Below, in pieces: positions 1-12,846 of a DNA stretch of 64,000 nt. The notes beneath the pieces are model-generated. The model was not told the DNA's origin, did no database searches, and saw only the letters and a program-made list of their open reading frames with translations. Source of the DNA: Eledone cirrhosa (taxonomy: Eukaryota); the NCBI GenBank assembly GCA_964016885.1, contig OZ024745.1, positions 27,094,001-27,158,000 on the forward strand, read 5' to 3'. Position 1 is the stretch's first letter, and every line of letters starts with the position of its first letter. Made by a program: the position numbers and the translations under genes.

Positions 1-139
1 ATATATATATATAACGCGGGCTTCTGGGCAGTTTCCGTCCACCAACAAAGTATAAGACAACTCCACTCTATAGTAAAAGCCACTTGTCCATGAGACTCCA
101 TATTGGGATCAAATCTGGAAACACATAGTCTGGAAAAGA

Positions 140-699
140 ACGTCGTAGCTACCCAGGTACGTATGCACGAGCTTGTACGGCGTAGCTACCCTGGTACGTA
201 TGCTCGAGCTTATACGTCGTAGCTACCCAGGTACGTATGCACGAGCTTATACGTCGTAGCTACCCAGGTACGTATGCACGAGCTTGTACGGCGTAGCTAC
301 CCAGGTACGTATGCTCGAGCTTATACGGCGTAGCTACCCAGGTACGTATGCACGAGCTTGTACGGCGTAGCTACCCAGGTACGTATGCACGAGCTTATAC
401 GGCGTAGCTACCCAGGTACGTATGCTCGAGCTTATACGGCGTAGCTACCCAGGTACGTATGCTCGAGCTTATACGGCGTAGCTACCCAGGTACGTATGCA
501 CAAGCTTGTACGGCGTAGCTACCCAGGTACGTATGCACGAGCTTATACGGCGTAGCTACCCAGGTACGTATGCACGAGCTTATACGGCGTAGCTACCCAG
601 GTACGTATGCTCGAGCTTATACGTCATAGCTACCCAGGTACGTATGCACGAGCTTATACGTCGTAGCTACCCTGGTACGTATGCACAAGCTTATACGTC
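140..699. repeat. 37-bp minisatellite, ~15 copies (cgtagctacccaggtacgtatgcacgagcttatacgt)
   Basis: Head-to-tail units with point variants and no spacers; CpG-rich relative to surroundings. Confidence 0.95.
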
Positions 700-939
700 C
701 CATCACAAAATTAGTAAGGTTTTTTTGTGATGTTTTCTTTTAAATTCTTTGAAATATGTTCGTATATAACAAAAATGTCTTTGCTCTGGTCAATGAATAA
801 AAAATACTCACTCAATGATATATAGTTTCCGGTTGAAATTAATGTCAAAATAGTAAATGTATTTATAGAGAAGAATGAAACGAACACGTGTTGCTGCAGA
901 GTTTCATTTTAAACATTTAAAATATCAATCCCAAATCAA

Positions 940-1322
940 AGCCTTCTCAAACTTCTTGGAGGAACTCCTCCCTGGTTGACCTTCCCCACTTTCTATCTCG
1001 GGCCATGTGGGGGCGAGGTATCGGGTGTGATCATCACTTGGCCGGCCTCTGTTTCTTCTCCACTGCTTTCGTGACCACTCTATCACTCTAATAGTTCACC
1101 TGTTGTCTCTAAACGAGAGACGTGGCCAGCCCATCTATGTGTGTCTTTCTTCGTGCTCTCAATTATGTTCTTCATGCTAGTCTGCTGTCGAATCCAGGTG
1201 TTGTTCTTCCTGTCACGCAAGGTGATGCCGAGCATGGTTCGCTCCATTTTACGTTGGGCTACTGCAAGAGTCTCTGTTATGGTGGTGTTGAGTGCCCACG
1301 TCTCTCTTCCATATGTCATAAC
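940..1322 (-). mobile_element. RTE-clade LINE 3' fragment (decayed)
   Basis: ORF 1083-1319: TYGRETWAL..AQRKMERTMLGITLRDRKNNTWIRQQT..RWAGHVSR, the typical RTE C-terminal region. Confidence 0.8.
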
Positions 1323-2260
1323 AGTTAAACGTAAATTGAAAGGGAAGTAATTGTAATGAACTCACCACACCAGTCCATTTGTGATAGCTATAAAACAACC
1401 TTTTGATTTAAGACAAAACACTAAAGTAGGGTCGTTTGATCAGATTTATTGAATCTAGTGAAGATTCTACTGGGAGTCGAAACTTTAATCATCTAATCAT
1501 GCTTGTTCAACTTTATGGAATATAGTCATTGAGCCTGCCTGCTTTCTAAAGTTTGTTGTTGCATGGGAAATAATTCTCGGTATATATGAAAGTTATTTCC
1601 CTTGAACGACAAGTTCTGTATTTAGGAAAAATTTTATTTAATATTTCATCTTTTAAAAGACAAGTTTATATATTTTTTTTTAATTTTAGTAAACCTGTGA
1701 TAAAAAGCATTCCATCTGTGACCATCCCGTTTTTAGGAGTATGACTATGATTACTTTATCTCATTTGACTACTGAGTGTATTGAAGGAGATTTAGCAGCT
1801 ATTTGTAACATGTCGACCGACCTCATACAGCCTTTACTGTTGGTTCGGAAAATGCAAATACGATAAGATAAAAACGGTGGAGTGACACAATTGTATTTAC
1901 AGTTTGTTATATGAGAAGAAAGGCGGAAGAAAAAAGTTGACTAACGATATCAGCTATGATAAATATACACCTATCAAAAAATAGGCTATTATGTTTCATA
2001 TATTGTGTGTGTGAGAGAGAGAGAGAGCATTACCTCTTTCATAAGAAGACTGCTACCCTACTCCTACCCTAATATGTCATCTGCCTCGTGGTCCCGGCCG
2101 AGTTGAAATTAATGCATGCAAGATTTCACAGATCTAGCATCATTCCTTCATAGTCAACCTATGAACCTTTCAGCCCACCCTAGTACACTTACAAAGTTGT
2201 GAATATTTTGAGCATCAGTCTAGTTATCAACAATCAAATACCAAAGACAGAATGACAGTA

Positions 2261-2419
2261 AGATGTTATACATAGAGGACTATAGTACTCCAGAACTACA
2301 GATGTTATACATAGAGGACTATAGTACTCCAGAACTACAGATGTTATACATAGAGGACTATAGTACTCCAGAACTACAGATGTTATACATAGAGGACTAT
2401 AGTACTCCATAACTACAGA
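2261..2419. repeat. 39-bp minisatellite, 4 copies
   Basis: agatgttatacatagaggactatagtactccagaactac repeated; explains the repetitive ORF 2234-2470. Confidence 0.95.
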
Positions 2420-3047
2420 GTTCTGCCAGTATATTTTAGGGACACCTGAAATAAATTTAATTTTAAACAATTGAAAATATAGTCACCTCAGTGCAAATAA
2501 CTACAGTAATAGTTGAGAACTATAATTAAGCCTATCTCTTTAGCCTACCTCGAGTGACTCTTAAGTGTTCTGAAATATTATTTATTTATTATGACCTAGA
2601 CATTGAAGCAATTTGAGATCAAATTCAAACCCCCTAAAATAATGCACTAAGTAAGAAAAAGGTCAGCTGAATTCATGTCTTTGTGTATGTATTTTTGTTT
2701 ATAATAAATTATATCTCCGATAGTTTCTATATACTTTTAAAGTCAAAAATGCTTCTTTAGATTGAAAAGATTCCTGACCCATGCTCTATACCAATATTTC
2801 CTAAAATAGGCTTTCGTAGAACCCCAGGATACCACGAAACATTTCTGCGGTTCACGAGATAAGAAGTCTTTAAATAAAATTTAATAAAAATTATTTTATA
2901 TATTTTATATATTTTATATATTTTATATATTTTATATATGAATAAATTCTCTCACTAGAAACAAATTGGAATTAGGGTGGTGATGGTTATCTGTAAAATA
3001 TAGGTAAGAGTGCCACGGTTTTTGGATAGTCATATAAGGATTCCGCA

Positions 3048-4540
3048 AGTGGAGAATTGGCAGAGCCGTTATAACGTCAGATAGATTTCTTTACAGTATT
3101 CGTTCCGGCTCTCTACACTTTGAGTTCAAATCCTGCCGAGGTCAACTTTATCATTCATCCTTCCGAAGTCGATAAAAGAAAGTACCAGTCAAGTATTGAA
3201 GTCGATATAATCGACTTATCCTGTGCCTATGTAAGAAGCCATTAAATTATATTCAATATATGTGTATTATAAAGGGCGTTGGGTTGGCAGTATCGGTGGA
3301 GCATCGGACAACATGCGTTATGGCGTAGAGTTACGGCCCTTTGTGATCTGAGTTCAAATCCTGCCGAGGTTTGCTTTGCCTATTATCCTTACGGGGTCGA
3401 TAAAATAAAGTATCATTAATGCGCTGGGGTCGATTTAATTGACTTTCCCCTTCCCAAAAATTGTTGGCCTTGTGCCTAAATAAAAAAACCAAGCTTTTTT
3501 ATCACTAATATGAGACTAAGAAAGCCATTAAAAACATGATCATACTAACATATTTATAGTCAATAGAAAATCAGTGTAGTAAAAACCAAAGCACAAGTAT
3601 ACTGAAACAAATTATTGGAGGGGCTTAAACACCGGAAGGCTTGCAGTTTATAGACAACCAAATCGATATTACATTTTGAGTAAAAGAAAAAAACATTGTG
3701 CTTGATTAAAAGTTAGTATGACCTTATTTCTTTAAGATGGGGAATGTTCCAGTTTCGCATGGCATCTATTGCCATCTTTCTTCTTTTATTGTAATCTAAA
3801 CAAATAATTTATCTTATCTTATCTTAATAACACTCTATAGCTTTATAACTAAGTTTGTTTACTTCTGGTTTGATAAAAAGAGAAAGGATGACGTCCATAA
3901 ACAATTGATGTTGCAATAAAAACAGATAATGTCCTTGTACGATAATAGATAGCCATGTCAAATAAAGTGTGTACTGTTTTCAAAACGGATATTTTACAAG
4001 ACGAAAGGGAAGATTTTTAATCTTACATATCAGATTCTTCAAGGTTAACATCATTTTGAGCTGCTTCTAAAATTCAATTTAAAATTTTTTTTTTTTAAAC
4101 CAGAAAACGAAGATATATATATTTGATATATATTTTTAATGCCATTTTCAATGTAGACTCCATTTAATATGGGAACGGTCATTGACCTGTGTCTTAACTG
4201 CTTTTATTTAATATTTTAAGATGGCGGTGGATTGGTAGTCTGTAGAGAGTCGGACAGATTCGTAGTAGTATTTGTTCTGGTTCTTAATGTTCTGAGTTCA
4301 AATCTCGCCAAAATCAACTTCACCTTTCATCTTTTCTGGCTCAATAAAGTACCGAAAAGGTAGTGGGGTCAATTTAACCGACTTTCCCTTCCTTAAAATG
4401 AATGGCCTAAAGTAGAAATCATTTAATATATTAATATAAGTTTCAAACAACTGGTAGAACGTCGGACATGCTTCGTGGCATAGAGTTACTGCCCTTTACG
4501 GTCTGAGTTCAAATCCCACCGAGGTTAGCTTTGCCCTATG
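3048..4540 (+). mobile_element. Cluster of tRNA-derived SINE copies (~3048-3230, 3273-3480, 4220-4420, 4450-4540)
   Basis: A-box-like tggcagtatcggt, B-box gagttcaaatcc, conserved core gcctttcatccttacggggtcgataaaataaagtacc and tail ttggccttgtgcc. The same family recurs across the window. Confidence 0.85.
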
Positions 4541-4557
4541 TATATCATATATATATA

Positions 4558-4656
4558 CAGGGTGTTAAAAAAATGTATACACACTTTGATTACTTGTACA
4601 GGCAATATTTATTAGAATGCTGTTGAAGTGCGTATACATTTTTTGGGAACACCCTG
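4558..4656. mobile_element. Tc1/mariner-type MITE
   Basis: Imperfect TIRs cagggtgtt..aaaaaatgtatacacactt / aagtgcgtatacatttttt..aacaccctg, flanked by TA on both sides. Confidence 0.75.
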
Positions 4657-4671
4657 TATATAGATAAATAT

Positions 4672-4745
4672 GTATCTTTATTAGCCACAGGGGCACAAAA
4701 GAAAGGGACAAATACAAAGGGGGAAGTTTACATACAATAAAAATA
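4672..4745 (-). mobile_element. Extreme 3' end of the Tx1-like LINE family found at 42.8-49 kb
   Basis: tctttattagccacaggggcacaaaagaaagggacaaatacaaagggggaagtttacatacaataaaaa matches 43713-43780; flanked by tagata / (gata)n. Confidence 0.8.
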
Positions 4746-5435
4746 GATCGCTAGATAGATAGATAGATAGATAGATGTGTGTCTGTATTCTGAAATGTCA
4801 AAGCGGTGACCTTTTGTTTTACAGGAGGGTTTGGGGTGGGGGTTTTAATTTTGTTTTCATCTCTCTATGACCCGAAAAGCTATTTGTCAAAATGTTTCAA
4901 AAAGAGATTAAAAACAGTTTTGTAACGGTTATATTCAATGTTGTACTAAACCAGAACAGACAGAATTTCGTGGGGGAAAGATAAGACACGTCTTCTTCTA
5001 CTTGCTGCTGTCTTTTTCTTTCAAATTTCCAAGTAATATTAATTTATATGTTGAGGGAGGAGAGGGCGATGAGGGTGGTGAGTTGGCATAATTGTTAAAG
5101 CGTCGGACAAAATGCTTTGCGACTTTTCCCTTCTCCCAAATTGCTGGCCATGTGCCAATGCTAGAAAGAATATCAATTAATATAGTAAAGGTGTTGAGGG
5201 TGGTGGAAAGACAGAATATGTAAAGCGTCTGACATAATGCTTTGCAGCATCTAGTTACGGCCCTTTACGTTCTGAGTTCAAATACCCCTCATGGAATTAA
5301 TGAGTGAATGAGGATTGAACACACAATGTTGGTAGATGGATACAAATACCGTTGTGTCCATGACAACTGTTACTGCAGCAAACCCTGGGCTGGTAGCTGA
5401 ACGCACCAGATTGTCACTAGGGGGTTGCTTTAGAG

Positions 5436-6053
5436 CAGTGGCCGCCAACCTTTCGGACCTCAAGGACCACTAAATTCATAATTTTAAATCCCACAGACCA
5501 CTAATATGAATTTTTTTATAAAAGTTAAATACATTTGCAAAATAATGATCAGAGAACTTCCATTTTATTAAACAATACTGAAGTGTAGCTCTGTCATACT
5601 GTCGATAGATGATACAGATGTGTCACATTCTTTCATGGGTGTTAGTTTTTTACTGAGGAGAAACATTTTTTAGGGCTGTTATAAAATATATTTTAACCGA
5701 ATATTATTTTTCTTTTATTATTAAAGGCGGTGGATTGGCAGTATCGGTAGAGGGTCGGGCGCCATGATTTGAAGCATAGAGTTACCTCCCTTTATGATCT
5801 GAGTTCAAATCCCACCGAGGTTAACTTTGCCTTTCATCCTTACGGGGTCGATAAGATAAAGTACCAGTAATGCACTGGGATAATTGTTGGCCTGGTGCCA
5901 AAAGTAGAAACAATTATTAAAGGCGGTGAATTGGCAATATCGGTAGAGGGTCGGGCGCCATGTTTTCCAGCATAGGTAGAAACAATTATTAATAAAACAT
6001 ATAAATTACAAATAATGTCCATATTTTTCTGCAGACGCCATTGGGGACCGCTG
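5436..6053. mobile_element. hAT-type non-autonomous DNA transposon with a nested SINE (5725-5990)
   Basis: TIRs cagtggccgccaa / ttggggaccgctg; exact 8-bp TSD ctttagag at 5428-5435 and 6054-6061. Confidence 0.85.
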
Positions 6054-7079
6054 CTTTAGAGTTAATACATTGTATATATTCTGTTTATCTCTTAAATACA
6101 TGATTACCAGCAAGAAATGAACTGGTTAACTTTTTTGTTATCCATATTTCTATTAAAAAACACTGTCTATAATTATCAATTAATTTTTTAAATAACCAAG
6201 AATTTGTAGGGATTTAGTAATATAGCTAACTTTCTTATTAAGTTGGTATTGGGAGCTTTGCTTAACATTTTCTTACATAAAATTATGATGGAAATCTTAA
6301 ATTTAGATATTGTTTTAAAACAAAAGTTCATAGGCTGACCAAGATAATCTCATGGAATGACTAAATGAGATTTATTTTTCAACATAGTCCCTAGAAAGAA
6401 ACAATGGAATTATTCATAAGAAGAGTTGAAATTCATGCATGCAAGATTTCACATCTCTAGCATCAATCCTTCATAGTCAGCCTATAAAATGTTCAGCCAA
6501 CTCTCGACTCTTGTATCATGGACACAAGAGCAGTTTCTGGTTGTTTCTTATCATAAAAGTTAAAGGATGTATAGACGCTGGCTAAGGGGGTGATACCAGA
6601 CTAGACAGTGTCACTGCACTGTTTTGACAGTTGTATTTCTATTGTGAAACTCTATAGGGCAAACTATGAGCTGCTGGTGGGTGAAGGACCAAAGTTACTG
6701 GTAACTAATAGTGATAATGGCTAGTGATGACTGAGAATTCCTTTATCTTTTCAATTCAGGTTTTATAAATAGATAAAGATAACAGAAGCAGTCCTGTCAG
6801 AGGTGGTGGAGTGATACTTGGTAGGAGTTGAGGCTTCACCACCGAAACAGCAGCAGATATAGAGGTGGGCTTCAGAAATATTATCTTTATTTTTTTGTTA
6901 ATAGGGGTGATTGGGATGGTAGCTGGAGTAAGTTAAGGGTGGCACAGTCAATCAAATACTATACAAGCAACATCAAGATATCCCATCCCATTATTTGTTC
7001 ACATAGTCAATCACTTTCTTTTATACAATCTTTATTTTCCACATATATGCAAATCCATTCACACACACACACACACAAT

Positions 7080-7112
<33 letters not shown>

Positions 7113-7492
7113 GTTTAACGTCCATCTTCCACGCTTGCATGGGTTTGGACGGGAATTTTCCCACTTGAGGCAAGATTGGTTGTCTTGCTCGTGGAGGACT
7201 GTCTGGCGGGTTTTCTACGGCTGGATGCCCTTCCTAACACCAACCACGTTTACAGTGTGAACTGGGAGGTTTTTACCGTGTTACCTACACGGCCACATTA
7301 CAGCGTGGACTGTGTGTTTTTTTGTTGTCGTGAAACCTACACGACCTCATTTATTTCGGACTGGATGTTGTGGTACCAACATAACTTTACATCGAAAGGG
7401 GTGGTGTGGATGGGGTGGGGGTAGGGGTAGTGGGACGGGGGTGTATTTTTGTTAAGAAGTGCTTACTGACTGTAGGTTTCGCTTTGTACTTT
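7080..7492 (-). mobile_element. RTE LINE 3' UTR with (GAT)n tail
   Basis: Reverse complement of 39500-39894 and near-identical to 29523-29913; (cat)n at the 3' terminus. Confidence 0.85.
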
Positions 7493-7513
7493 ATATATAT
7501 ATATATATATATA

Positions 7514-8242
7514 TGGGACGGTTGGAGGGTCACTGATGAATGACTTACTTTTTCATATGCACCACCATATGCAACGCGCAGCCATCATTATTATCATATT
7601 TACACATAATTTTTCTTCTGCTGCCATCCGTCTGTTTCGTTCTTTGTACCTTTTACCCTTTCTAGCAGTCTCTCTCTCTGTTAGCCTCCTCCTCAACTTT
7701 CACTCACTCATTCTCTGTCACTACCTCTCCTCCTCCTCTTTCCTCCTCTTCCTTCAAGTTTGACCTGTGTGTAATTCTTTTCTCGCGCGTTCTTGGTCAA
7801 GCCGGTATGAAATTTTTTCTCTCTCTCTCTTTCGTCTGCGACTTCACAAAACTTATGTTTACCGAATTCGTAGACCAGACCCCTTCTTCTTCTTCTTCTT
7901 CTTCTTACCCCCGTTAGTCTTGTGCAAAATTCCTTCCTTGCTCACATTTCAACCAGGTTTGATGGTCTTTTGTCTCTTGTTCACGATTTCACCGAGTTTA
8001 TATTCATAGAGATCTGGGACTTGTCTATTTCTTCTCACTTTCCGTTGCTTAAACCATTTTGTTTGTTACCCTAACGTCCCCTTTATTTACGTGTCCCAAC
8101 GACTTTTTTTAGCCGTTGCTCGCACCAACCTGAGGTATATGGCCCTTAAAGCGATGAAATGCCTGGGACGGTTGGAGGGTCACTGATGAAGGACTTACTT
8201 TTTCATATGCACCACCATTTGCAACGCGCAGCCATCATTATT

Positions 8243-8247
<5 letters not shown>
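7514..8247. repeat. ~730-bp non-coding unit bounded by 84-bp direct repeats (7514-7597, 8164-8247), inserted in (TA)n
   Basis: tgggacggttggagggtcactgatgaa..gcagccatcattattatcat occurs twice, 650 bp apart; (TA)n on both sides. Confidence 0.85.
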
Positions 8248-8283
<36 letters not shown>

Positions 8284-8286
8284 GTA

Positions 8287-8333
<47 letters not shown>

Positions 8334-8341
8334 GTATGAAT

Positions 8342-8375
<34 letters not shown>

Positions 8376-8384
8376 GTATATGTA

Positions 8385-8553
<169 letters not shown>

Positions 8554-8602
8554 GTATGAATATATATATATATATGTATGAATATATATATATATATATG
8601 TA

Positions 8603-8718
<116 letters not shown>

Positions 8719-8844
8719 AATATATATATATATATGTATGAATATATATATATATATATATGTATGTATATATATATATATATGTATATATATATGTATG
8801 TATATATATATGTATGTATATATATATTTATATATATATATATA

Positions 8845-9259
8845 TCCGGGAGAGATGACCCCTTAGCCTTTGTCAAGGCAGAATTCTAGGAGAAGGAAAA
8901 CTCTGATGTAACACCTGCAACCCTGATGGTATCCAATGATGTTGACTTGTTCTTCTTTTTGGTAAATATTATCTTGGTTAAGAGAGTGGGACTGGCTTTG
9001 TGCAGTGCCTTTGCTCACTATAAAAGCTTCACGGCACAGACATTGCTTTATATCTGGAGATCTCTCTGCACTTGTCGTCACATGGTACCATGTGCCTAGC
9101 ACTATGTGTCAATAATTGTCACAATTGTAGTGTTTGTACCAGAGTTTTCAAGTCGCTGGCTGGACTAAAAAGTCACACTCGTTCAGCGCATCGGTAGGGG
9201 GTTCTCCTACATGGATATCAAGTAGTGGCCGTACTCGAAAACGAATTGGCAGCCACCAT
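8845..9259 (+). mobile_element. 5'-truncated copy of a short RTE-derived non-autonomous element (longer copy 23639-24250)
   Basis: Near-identical to 23836-24250; contains ctaggagaaggaaaactctga and the zinc-finger remnant CSVCTRVF.. Confidence 0.75.
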
Positions 9260-9272
9260 ATATATATATATT

Positions 9273-9330
<58 letters not shown>

Positions 9331-9406
9331 TATGTATGTATATATATATATGTGTGTGTATGTATATGAATGTATATATATATATATATGTGTATGTATA
9401 TGTATG

Positions 9407-9495
<89 letters not shown>

Positions 9496-9498
<3 letters not shown>

Positions 9499-9740
9499 GG
9501 GATTTGAACTCAGATCGTAAAGGGACGTAACTATGCTGGAAAGCATGGCGTCCGACCCTAATATATAATAATATATAATTGTTTCTACGGTTGGCACAAG
9601 GCCAGCAAATACTCAGTGCATTACTGGTACTTTATTTTATCGACCCCGTAAGGATGAAAGGCAAAGTTAAGCTCGGCAGGATTTGAACTCAGATCAGAAA
9701 GGGGCGTAACTCTACCGATACTGCCAAACACCACCACCCT
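9496..9740 (-). mobile_element. Two tRNA-derived SINE fragments
   Basis: Reverse complement of the SINE consensus (ggatttgaactcagatc; tggtactttattttatcgaccccgtaaggatgaaaggc). Confidence 0.85.
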
Positions 9741-9962
9741 ATATATATATTATATTATATTATATTATATTATATTATTATATAATAATATAATATATTG
9801 TACGTCAATACTCATCTTTTTCCATTTCTCCGAGGGGTCTTAACGCCACTGTCAGGCTAAATAGTTTCTTTAATTTCTTTAGTCAAAATACGGCGATAGC
9901 TTACATTTCTAATAATTTCAAACCAACTCGGTGTTTCGAAAATATTCTTACATGATATATTT

Positions 9963-10010
<48 letters not shown>

Positions 10011-10150
10011 GTATGTATATGTATATATATATATATATGTATATGTATATATATATATATCTATATGTATATATATATATGTATATGTATATATATGTAT
10101 ATATATATATATATGTATATGTATATATATATATATGTATATGTATATAT

Positions 10151-10210
<60 letters not shown>

Positions 10211-10228
10211 GTGTATATATATATGTGT

Positions 10229-10271
<43 letters not shown>

Positions 10272-10407
10272 TGTATGTATATATATATATATATATATGT
10301 ATATGTATATATATATGTATATGTATATATATGTATATGTATATATATATATGTGTATATATATATATATATATATAGATGTATGTATATATATATATGT
10401 ATGCATG

Positions 10408-10446
<39 letters not shown>

Positions 10447-10513
10447 ATATATATATATATATATATAGAGATGTATATATATATATATATAGATGTATGT
10501 ATATATATATATG

Positions 10514-10592
<79 letters not shown>

Positions 10593-10607
10593 GTATATAT
10601 ATATATG

Positions 10608-10676
<69 letters not shown>

Positions 10677-10963
10677 TAAAATAACAGATTAAAGTTTAAG
10701 CAAAGAATCGCTGCTTTCACCCTTAACGGGATCTTCTGAAACTAACAAAGTCAATCTGTAAACGCAAAAGTGGATATTTCAAAAAACGCTGCAACCGGAG
10801 GAAGACAGGAAGACGATACTTTGGTTCGTGGAAACGTTCCCTGGCAAAGAACCTAGAAAAAACGAATATAATACGTCATTAATAGGAGCGGTGAAAAACA
10901 ATTACGCGCAAAGACAGAACCACGTTTATGGTATAAAAGAAGTCGTAGACTAATATTCTCTTA

Positions 10964-11213
10964 GATCAGATGACTATATATCATAATTGATCTGGTCCAG
11001 TTGAAAATAATTAACATATTTAAAAGACAGAGTGGCTCATCGGAACTTCAAAGGAATATAAATTAAATTAATGGGATAATGTTACATAATATAATGTTCC
11101 ATATATTGGTTTAATTTATATTCCTTTGAAGTTCCGATGAGCCACTCTGTCTTTTAAATATGTTAATTATTTTGACCTGAACCAGATCAATTATGATATA
11201 TAGACATCTGATC
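10964..11213. repeat. Inverted repeat, ~105-bp arms (10964-11068 / 11110-11213)
   Basis: ..aagacagagtggctcatcggaacttcaaaggaatataaattaaa mirrors tttaatttatattcctttgaagttccgatgagccactctgtctt.. Confidence 0.9.
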
Positions 11214-11250
11214 CAGAAATATTATATGGAGTAGCGAAACAATTGTAAAC
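11131..11250 (+). ncRNA. Hammerhead ribozyme-like motif (type I, variant core CCGAUGA, long helix II insert)
   Basis: gtt-CCGATGA-gccactc[~80 nt]gagtagc-GAAAC-aatt-GTA-aac. Helix I gtt/aac; helix II 6 of 7 pairs; palindromic helix III ACAAUUGU. Confidence 0.6.
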
Positions 11251-11480
11251 GGACATTATTATTGTTGATATTATTATTATTATTCTCTACATTCCTTACA
11301 TCAAACTAAAATATGTTGACAATCTTTTAATAATGTCTTCCTTGTGAAATTTGTGGTCTTGTTTTGCTTAACTAATGAATATTTCCAGCTCTGCGCACCT
11401 AACTTCTGCATGAACCCAGCCACCTAGCTGCTTTCTACTGCATATTGCACATTGAGCACATGCCTTTACGGTTTGGCTTC

Positions 11481-11711
11481 TGACTAGTGTGTGTTTATGT
11501 GCTTGTTGTTATTGTGCTTGTGTATGTATTTATTTATCTTATTTTATTTTATTTTATTTACTTATTTATACTTCTCTTAGGTCAGTGTTGTTTGTTTCAA
11601 CACCCAAACAAACAACACTGACCTAAGAGAAGTATAAATAAGTAAATAAAATAAAATAAGATAAATAAATACATGCACAATAACAACAAGCACATAAACA
11701 CACACTAGTCA
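11481..11711. repeat. Near-perfect palindrome, ~105-115 bp arms
   Basis: tgactagtgtgtgtttatgtgc..ttaggtcagtgttgtttgttt [caacaccc] aaacaaacaacactgacctaa..gcacataaacacacactagtca. Confidence 0.9.
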
Positions 11712-11896
11712 CCCAGCAGACACAACACTATACACACTAGTCACACAGCAAACATAACACCATACACACACGCAAACGCATGCGCAAAGAAGACAAAATA
11801 AAATAAATAAACAAGCAAATAAATAAATAAATATATAGACAGACTGAATAAAAAATGGCGTAGACATACAACACAACAGGAGGAAAAAATATAACA

Positions 11897-11936
11897 CCAC
11901 TGACGATGTTGCAGATGTGCAACGAAAGATTTATGT
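11897..11936 (+). ncRNA. Degenerate minimal hammerhead motif
   Basis: cca-CTGACGA-t-gttgca-gatg-tgcaac-GAAA-gatt-TA-tgt. Perfect core and 6-bp helix II; helices III and I each carry a mismatch. Confidence 0.5.
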
Positions 11937-12208
11937 AAATTATGTAAACTATATATATGTGTTTGTGTCTATATTGTATCTGTATTATTTTTGACCGTCG
12001 GTCAGTCAATGGCAACATTGAGGACCGAGTAAGTTAGATCGCAGATATAAAAGACAGCGAGAAGCGAAAACCAACCAAACAGTGAGTGTGTTCTGTTATG
12101 AATTCTGGCAATATTACACAAATATGACCCTCCCCAAGTATAACAATATTTGTTTCGACACACGATTTCATATAAAAAACCTCGCTAAACTAATATATAT
12201 ATATATAT

Positions 12209-12248
<40 letters not shown>

Positions 12249-12316
12249 GTGGAATACTGGAAGGTAATATCCGTAGTGGTAGAGCACTGTGGTTACACAA
12301 CAGTTAGTTCACCATA

Positions 12317-12356
12317 CCGAGAACAATTGTTTCACCTTAGCGAATCTTCAGCTCGG
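12317..12356 (-). ncRNA. Minimal type-I hammerhead ribozyme motif (left arm)
   Basis: Reverse complement: ccgag-CTGAAGA-ttcgctaaggt-GAAAC-aatt-GTT-ctcgg; helix II is weaker than in the right-arm copy. Confidence 0.65.
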
Positions 12357-12639
12357 GATGTGTATGGTTATAGGAACTGGAAGGAGAACCGTACGAACGC
12401 GCATGCACAGAAACTCGGTCACTTCACACAGGCAATAATAGACTGCGTGCGCGGGGTGTAAGGGGAATAACTGCGAAAGTCCGGAAAATTTTTGGTTCAA
12501 CCAAAAAACTTTCCGGACTTTCTGAGTTATCTCCATTACATCCGAGCACGCAGTCTACTATTGCCTGTGTGAAGTGACCGAATTTCTGCGCATGCGCGTT
12601 CGTACAGTTGTCTTTCCTGTTCCTATAACCATATACATC

Positions 12640-12679
12640 CCGAGCTGAAGATCCGCGAAGGTGAAACAATTGTTCTCGG
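12640..12679 (+). ncRNA. Minimal type-I hammerhead ribozyme motif (right arm)
   Basis: ccgag-CTGAAGA-t-cc-gcgaa-gg-t-GAAAC-aatt-GTT-ctcgg. 5-bp helix I, palindromic helix III, predicted cleavage after GUU at 12674. Confidence 0.75.
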
Positions 12680-12714
12680 TATGGTGAACTAACTGTTGTG
12701 TAACCAATTCTATA

Positions 12715-12756
<42 letters not shown>

Positions 12757-12846
12757 GTAATAATAATAAAATTGAAGACTAAAATCCAAAGATCCCGTTA
12801 AGGGTGAAAGCAGCGATTCTTTGCTTAAACTTTAATCTGTTATTTA

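Larger units (their letters stand above)
12291..12705. repeat. 415-bp palindrome (207-bp arms, 1-nt centre at 12498) with a hammerhead near each end
   Basis: ggttacacaacagttagttcacc..tttttggtt-c-aaccaaaaa..ggtgaactaactgttgtgtaacc; the arms differ by scattered substitutions. Confidence 0.95.

Noticed and set aside
3273-3370. tRNA genes suggested by A/B boxes
   Set aside because: No cloverleaf; each is followed by the SINE core and tail, so these are tRNA-derived SINE heads.
2098-6500. ~80-bp sequence shared by 2098-2180 and 6423-6503
   Set aside because: Short diverged dispersed-repeat fragment with no recognisable ends or structure.
8183-8247. CTGATGA as a complete hammerhead
   Set aside because: No downstream helix II / GAAA / NUH arrangement could be found.
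11981-12146. Possible solo LTR (tgt..aca, TATAAAA)
   Set aside because: Short, with no clear TSD and no second copy in the window.
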